A stretch of 46,601 nt of DNA, from the NCBI GenBank assembly GCA_016927455.1, contig JAFGMQ010000009.1, positions 1-46,601 of the forward strand. Reading direction: 5' to 3'. Under the pieces are notes generated by a model. It was given only the letters and a program-made list of their open reading frames with translations. It was not told the origin of the DNA and searched no databases. This DNA comes from Deltaproteobacteria bacterium. GTDB lineage: Bacteria > Desulfobacterota > DSM-4660 > Desulfatiglandales > Desulfatiglandaceae. Below, piece after piece: positions 42,080 to 46,601 of this stretch (positions within the stretch are counted from its first letter, which is position 1; every line of letters starts with the position of its first letter). Both the position numbers and the translations under genes were made by a program.

Positions 42080-42256
42080 CGATCAACTCCTGTGTTAGCA
42101 ATTTTCTTATCGTGGCATATTTCAAATTCCACGAAAAAGAAACTAAGCATGGAAAAACCTTTGTCAAGATATGCAAAAGCAGGTTTTTCCAGAGATCGTT
42201 AAGAAAACATTGCATCATTCGCCTTGGCATTGTGTCAATCTGCAAGGACTGTATCA

Positions 42257-43150
42257 TTAAAGCCCATGGCCTGTTATTTTTCCAAGCGCCTCAAGATATT
42301 TTTCTCTCGTTTTATTAATAATTTCAGGCGGCAATTTAGGAGGTGGTGGTTGCTTCGGCCATTTTATCTTCAACAGATAATCCCTCAAAAACTGTTTATC
42401 AAAACTCTTCTGGGGTCCCCCCGGCCTGTATTCATCCGTTGGCCAGAATCTTGACGAGTCAGGTGTAAGCACCTCATCAATCAGAATCAGGCGATCTTCT
42501 ATTATGCCAAATTCAAGCTTGGTATCAGCAACAATAATTCCCTTTTTCTCAGCAAAATCTCTGCCGAATTCATATATTTTTATACTTATACGCCGAATCT
42601 CCTCGGCTTGATTTTTGCCGATGAGCTCGACCACCTTTTCAAAAGAAATATTTTCATCGTGAGCACCATCCTGTGCCTTGGTTGAGGGCGTGAAAACAGG
42701 TATGGGGAGCTTATCAGACTCCCTGTAGCCTTCCGAAATCGTGATCCCGCATATACTTCCGGTTGATTGGTATTCCTGCCATCCAGAACCTGATAAATAT
42801 CCCCTGACAATACATTCAACTGTCAGCGGAACAGCCTTTTTTACAAGCATACTTCTTCCTTTCAGATGATCTGCATATTTTCTGCAGATCTCAGGATATT
42901 CCTCTGGATTACTGCTGATCAGATGATTTTCTACAATGGATTCCAGTCTGTTAAACCAGAACAGGGAAATGCCGGTAAGGATTTTGCCTTTATCAGGGAT
43001 AGGGTCATCCATAACAACATCGAAAGCCGACATGCGATCACTGGTCACAATCAGCAGTTTATCCTCGACTTCGTAAACATCTCTTACCTTTCCCCTTTTC
43101 AACAGTCTCAAATCCTTAAAATCGCTGAATCTCAAGGCATCTGTTTTCAT
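42257..43150 (-). CDS. purC: phosphoribosylaminoimidazole-succinocarboxamide (SAICAR) synthase, long form
   Basis: [46 protein letters not shown]. Confidence 0.95.
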   Translation of the reverse strand: MKTDALRFSDFKDLRLLKRGKVRDVYEVEDKLLIVTSDRMSAFDVVMDDPIPDKGKILTGISLFWFNRLESIVENHLISSNPEEYPEICRKYADHLKGRSMLVKKAVPLTVECIVRGYLSGSGWQEYQSTGSICGITISEGYRESDKLPIPVFTPSTKAQDGAHDENISFEKVVELIGKNQAEEIRRISIKIYEFGRDFAEKKGIIVADTKLEFGIIEDRLILIDEVLTPDSSRFWPTDEYRPGGPQKSFDKQFLRDYLLKIKWPKQPPPPKLPPEIINKTREKYLEALGKITGHGL

Positions 43151-43191
43151 TGTATAACTCCCTGATTAATTTTTTATATAAAGTCCTGATG

Positions 43192-44598
43192 CTATTTATT
43201 AGCTCCCCTCAGATAATCACTATAATATCTCAGCACTCGGTTGCGAAAAGAGACAGTCTCAGAATAAGGCGGAAGTCCGTTATGCTTCTTGACACTTGAA
43301 GGGCCGGCGTTGTAGGAAGCCAGGGCCAGGCTCATGTCTCCCTCCTGCAGATTCATCATTTTCAAAAAGTAGCTGAAGCCATGTTCAATTGACTTTTGGG
43401 GATCAAGGCGCTCATCCGCTCCGTCGACCAGGAGCTCCTGCCTGTATCGAGTGAACATTTTCATTCGTTTCCGTCCCATGTCTATGGAATTCTGCATCAG
43501 TTCCCTCGATCGATTCCCGTATTCTTTAATATTCTTCTGTGTAATCTTTGGAATTAAATTTACGGCCTTGCGTCTCAATTCCTGCTCCTGTTTCATTAGT
43601 GATCTTGCCTGATGAAAATAAGGAGGAATAAAAACATTTTTCATCCCCAGACTTTTTGCGGTATCAGGCATGATCTGAGTCAAACCTGCAGCTCCGACAT
43701 CTGATACGGCAAGAGCGTTAAAGCTCGACTCCCCTTTCATTAAGGCAATAAATAACAATGGATCCACAGGATAAAGGGAATTTTCATTCGCTTCAAGTGC
43801 AGACTTTAAAAATGGAGAATATCTGGAACCAAGAACCCTTGCACCATATTTCCATCGAGAATCCAGTATGTTTTTTGTGTTTTCGCATGAATCAAGATCA
43901 AATTTGACCAGGTATTGTTCAGATGAACTTCCAGTGACCTCTCTAAAGACCTGATTAACAAAAATGACATTCTCAGTATTCAAGGCTTCACTGCTTACAT
44001 CTAATCCCCTGCAGCGATTATATAATATCGCCAATGCATCCCTTAAATTAAAGGAGGCTGCCTTCAGGCTTTCCTCAAGCAATTTGTCAAGCAGATCATT
44101 GCAGACAGCATCATTCAGTCTCTCATCAGCCTCTGCTGTCAACATTGAGTGGTAAGCTTTTATTTTATTATTTGCATTGCCAATGGCAACACTATATTGC
44201 AGAGCCTGCTCGCCAACTCTTTCAGAATGCTCGCCCTTAATCTTTTCCCTCTTTTGTGTCGACATCGCTTCAACGGCAGCCTTAAAATGGGTATCAGCCT
44301 TTTTGTATAATTCCATGGCGGACAGATAGTCTGTATTCAATATAACCTTTAAGCCCATAAGGCGGCCTGTTTCAGGTGAAAGCCTCAGTATCCCTTCTTC
44401 TCCCCTGTAAGTGCCATCTGAGAAGCTTTTTTTGTGGCGCTCAACATTCCATTCAATTATGCTTTTTTTGATCAATGATTCGTTTGCAAAAGCATGACCC
44501 GGGCAAAGAACAGAAAATGCGAATATGGGGAAAAAGAATGTGCTCAACGAAAAAAACAAGGGAAAAACAAGCTTAAAACTGCATTTTAGAAAAGGCAT
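43192..44598 (-). CDS. exported lytic transglycosylase (SLT domain)
   Basis: Signal peptide ending AFA. The C-terminal SLT catalytic region is ALMKGESSFNALAVSDVGAAGLTQIMPDTA ... ALASYNAGPSSV. Confidence 0.8.
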   Translation of the reverse strand: MPFLKCSFKLVFPLFFSLSTFFFPIFAFSVLCPGHAFANESLIKKSIIEWNVERHKKSFSDGTYRGEEGILRLSPETGRLMGLKVILNTDYLSAMELYKKADTHFKAAVEAMSTQKREKIKGEHSERVGEQALQYSVAIGNANNKIKAYHSMLTAEADERLNDAVCNDLLDKLLEESLKAASFNLRDALAILYNRCRGLDVSSEALNTENVIFVNQVFREVTGSSSEQYLVKFDLDSCENTKNILDSRWKYGARVLGSRYSPFLKSALEANENSLYPVDPLLFIALMKGESSFNALAVSDVGAAGLTQIMPDTAKSLGMKNVFIPPYFHQARSLMKQEQELRRKAVNLIPKITQKNIKEYGNRSRELMQNSIDMGRKRMKMFTRYRQELLVDGADERLDPQKSIEHGFSYFLKMMNLQEGDMSLALASYNAGPSSVKKHNGLPPYSETVSFRNRVLRYYSDYLRGANK

Positions 44599-44784
44599 TT
44601 TTATATTCCTTGAAGTTTTATAAATGGGTACTCCTGAATCCTCAAGATATCATGTTATCGAATAAGATTGAATTCTATTTTAAAATGAGTCTTTTTTGAC
44701 TTTTAGCAGAAGGATTAAAAAATTTGAAGGTTTTTCTCCTGAGCAAAAAGGTTTATGAAGAGACCCGGAAAAAAGGCACGATAA

Positions 44785-44813
44785 TTGACATACCAGAAAA
44801 CAGTATTTATATA
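44785..44813 (+). promoter_or_regulatory. near-consensus sigma70 promoter candidate (TTGACA-17 nt-TATATA)
   Basis: TTGACA at 44785-44790 and TATATA at 44808-44813. It points toward the IscA/HesB-like gene but lies about 220 nt upstream of its ATG. Confidence 0.4.
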
Positions 44814-45033
44814 TTAAGAGTAAGTGTATAATTATGATGAAAAATCACACAGAAGCAACTCATATCTAAAAAAAGCATCCTTTGAAAGACAAGGGATACG
44901 AGGGTTTTTCATGCATGGTTTAATGTGATTTGCTTTATACAGGAAGATTGATTTCTCAGTGGACTTTGGGGTTAATGCTGTTAATAGTGAAGCCTGTTCT
45001 TAAAACCAATAATAACTTTAAGGAGATAATATT

Positions 45034-45351
45034 ATGTTCGAAGTTACAAAAGAAGCTCAAGACAAGATCAGTGAATTTCTCAGCAACAGACGAGAGAAAT
45101 CAGCCATCAGGATATGGCTTTCCCCCGGAAGTGGCTGAAGCCCCAGTTCTCTGGGGATGGCTCTGGATGAGCTTCAAGACGGAGATGATGTGTTCAATAG
45201 TGGTGAAGTTACCTATTTGATAGAAAAGTCGTTATTTAACAGGATAAAACCTGTCCAGATTGATTATGTGAGCAATGAACGAGGGTCAGGTTTTGCTATT
45301 TCGTCAAGATTAACTGAAGAAAATTCGTGCGGATCATGCTCCTGCAGTTGA
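45034..45351 (+). CDS. IscA/HesB-like Fe-S assembly-type protein with an in-frame UGA, putative selenocysteine at codon 35
   Basis: AAGGAG at 45020-45025 lies 8 nt before the ATG at 45034. The frame reads MFEVTKEAQDKISEFLSNRREKSAIRIWLSPGSG-TGA(45136-45138)-SPSSLGMALDELQDGDDVF...NSCGSCSCS*. The track ORF 45157..45351 is in the same frame. The protein is colinear with E. coli IscA (..LRLGVRTSGCSGMAYVLEF...DIVFED...CGCGESF), with the TGA at the GCSG Cys. Confidence 0.7.
45139..45173 (+). other. candidate bacterial SECIS region: two adjacent hairpins just 3' of the in-frame UGA
   Basis: Hairpin 1 is CCCCAG (45141-45146) / CTGGGG (45151-45156) with loop TTCT. Hairpin 2 is GGCTC (45159-45163) / GAGCT (45169-45173) with loop TGGAT. 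The G of loop 2 lies about 29 nt after the UGA. Confidence 0.4.
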
Positions 45352-45380
45352 AGATAGATTAACAGATTTGTCCTTAAGAT

Positions 45381-45413
45381 AAAGAGGGTGGGGTATCACC
45401 CTCTTTCTATTAA
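45381..45413 (+). terminator. rho-independent terminator after the IscA/HesB-like gene
   Basis: A perfect 10-bp stem AAAGAGGGTG (45381-45390) / CACCCTCTTT (45397-45406) with loop GGGTAT, followed by a T-rich CTATT. It lies 30 nt after the stop codon. Confidence 0.7.
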
Positions 45414-45482
45414 GCGTGGAGATTCTTTTTACGGTTTAGTGTGTTTATTTATTATGATAATGAGAAGAACCTCCCGCTATTC

Positions 45483-45501
45483 CTTGTGGACACTTGTGGA
45501 C
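45483..45501 (+). repeat. tandem direct repeat CTTGTGGAC-a-CTTGTGGAC (10-bp period) upstream of the TamA/BamA-like gene
   Basis: Exact 9-mers at 45483-45491 and 45493-45501, about 175 nt upstream of the ATG at 45675. Confidence 0.45.
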
Positions 45502-45674
45502 GCATATGGTTGCCTTCCTTTCATTAATCCTGTATTCTTTATAAATGCTTTTTTTAAGCAAAGGGTTCTTTTGTTAAAATCTCCTCCGGCATAAAGGCAT
45601 TTTCTGCCAATTGTTTTAAAATAATATTTATAGAATCTCTGTTGTGTCTTTAAAAAACAGCCAATCAATGCAAT

Positions 45675-46601
45675 ATGATAAAAATATTTTACCCGGCACT
45701 TGTGTTCCTTATTTTTTTCAGGGCATTTAATATTTGTGCAGTCGAACTCCCTCCTCAATTCCGTGTGTACAAGATCAGCTTCAAAGGTGTTGCCAGTGTC
45801 TCCAGGGGTGAACTGGCAAAGACATTGATTACACAGACCCCTCCGGCATGGAAATTCTGGCAGGCCAGGCCAGTGATTGCTCAGTCTGACATCAATGATG
45901 ACCTGCTTCGCATCAAACAGTTTTATCGCGATCATGGCTACTACCATTCACAGGCCGTTGTTGAAACCCGGAAGATATCGGGAGCCGAATCTGCTGACCA
46001 GGAGCAACCATCTTCAGCAGATATGAAGAAAAGGGATTATGAAAATGATGCTCCTGATTTTCGATTGCCCATGTATGAGGTCATATTTATTGTAGATGAG
46101 GGGGCTCCTGTCTTAATTGGATCTGTTGATATAAAGCTGAAGCCTGATATTACAGCATCTGATTTAAGGGAACCACTAACAGATTTGTTAAACCTTAAAC
46201 AGGGACAAATCTTCGTTTTGGCTGACTATCAGGAGGCCAAACAGGTTCTTCAGAAGAGCCTGGGTAATAGAGGAAATCCAAAGGCAATCATAAAAGGCAG
46301 AGTTTTTGTCAATACCAGAGACAATACTGCGGATATTGTTTTTGAGATTGATCCCGGGCCTCTCTGTGTTTTCGGGGAAGTATCTGTTTCCGGAAACGAT
46401 GGATATGTAAATGATGTTATTATGGACCGGGCAATTACTGTAAAGGAAGGAAAAGAATACATAACGGCTGAAATTGAAGAGACGCAGCGCAACCTGTATA
46501 ATCTGGATGTATTTCGAATGACTCTTATCAAGCCCGGAGATCTCGACCATGAGAACAAGTCAATACCAATCAGGATAGAGGTAAGCCCCAGGAAGAGACA
46601 A
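45675..46601 (+). CDS. outer-membrane protein assembly factor of the BamA/TamA (Omp85) family, N-terminal POTRA region; 3'-truncated by the window edge
   Basis: Not in the ORF track because no stop is reached. ATG 45675 to nt 46601 is exactly 309 open codons. Signal peptide MIKIFYPALVFLIFFRAFNICA, then repeated POTRA-like units (YKISFKGVASVSRGELAKTL..., DLLRIKQFYRDHGYYHSQ, VFGEVSVSGNDGYVNDVIMDRAITVKEGKEY...TQRNLYNLDVF). Confidence 0.75.
   Translation, partial: MIKIFYPALVFLIFFRAFNICAVELPPQFRVYKISFKGVASVSRGELAKTLITQTPPAWKFWQARPVIAQSDINDDLLRIKQFYRDHGYYHSQAVVETRKISGAESADQEQPSSADMKKRDYENDAPDFRLPMYEVIFIVDEGAPVLIGSVDIKLKPDITASDLREPLTDLLNLKQGQIFVLADYQEAKQVLQKSLGNRGNPKAIIKGRVFVNTRDNTADIVFEIDPGPLCVFGEVSVSGNDGYVNDVIMDRAITVKEGKEYITAEIEETQRNLYNLDVFRMTLIKPGDLDHENKSIPIRIEVSPRKRQ

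Noticed and set aside
42080-42256. I looked for a CIRCE operator or a sigma32 promoter upstream of grpE.
   Set aside because: TTAGCA is present at about 42095, but it has no GAGTGCTAA partner. CTTGACA on the minus strand is followed by a CCATGCTT-like box after only 9 nt, which is the wrong spacing. No supportable heat-shock element was found by eye.
44930-45220. A 96-aa plus-strand ORF overlapping the start of the IscA/HesB-like gene.
   Set aside because: It is in a different frame from the SD-preceded ATG at 45034, has no SD, and has no recognisable similarity. The IscA-like frame explains the region.
45388-45947. The ORFs 45388..45594 (+) and 45477..45947 (-), and also 46188..46550 and 46250..46558 (-).
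   Set aside because: The first spans the terminator hairpin. The minus-strand ones are antisense shadows of the open TamA/BamA-like frame that starts at 45675.

Overview
This 46.6-kb segment is a densely coded stretch of chromosome from a Gram-negative bacterium, and almost all of it is housekeeping. Gene content and protein sequence style suggest Desulfobacterota (deltaproteobacteria), but that is inference only. All calls come from reading the translations and DNA by eye; no database search was run.

Gene order, left to right:
- HDOD protein (5'-truncated) and a hybrid sensor kinase.
- recC-recB on the minus strand, with no recD.
- DUF1285, rfbA-rfbC, a large UPF0182-type membrane protein, and an RCK-gated K+ channel.
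- A secreted SNase-type nuclease with a Cys-rich tail, and a 56-codon HTH gene that falls below the ORF-track cutoff.
- DUF1343/NamZ-like protein, HExxH peptidase, and an IHF/HU-like protein.
- DUF898-TPR, mutT and a TPR protein.
- secF-secD-yajC-tgt-queA on the minus strand.
- alr-argS-SPOR-GNAT-tatA-tatC.
- An LpoA-like lipoprotein, dnaK and grpE on the minus strand, then purC and a lytic transglycosylase.
- An IscA/HesB-like gene.
- A TamA/BamA-like gene that runs off the right edge and is not in the track.

I recognised no rRNA, tRNA, CRISPR array, transposase or integrase.

The most noteworthy item is the IscA/HesB-like gene at 45034..45351. It is interrupted by an in-frame TGA at the position of the conserved ligand Cys, and hairpins follow the TGA, so it is probably a selenoprotein that the ORF track splits. 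Secondary oddities are the hidden HTH gene in an AT-rich spacer with 12-bp direct repeats, a dnaK operon lacking dnaJ/hrcA/CIRCE and coupled to a lipoprotein gene, recCB without recD, and several proteins of unknown function (DUF898-TPR, UPF0182, DUF1285). I did not find convincing evidence of a wholly new multi-gene system.
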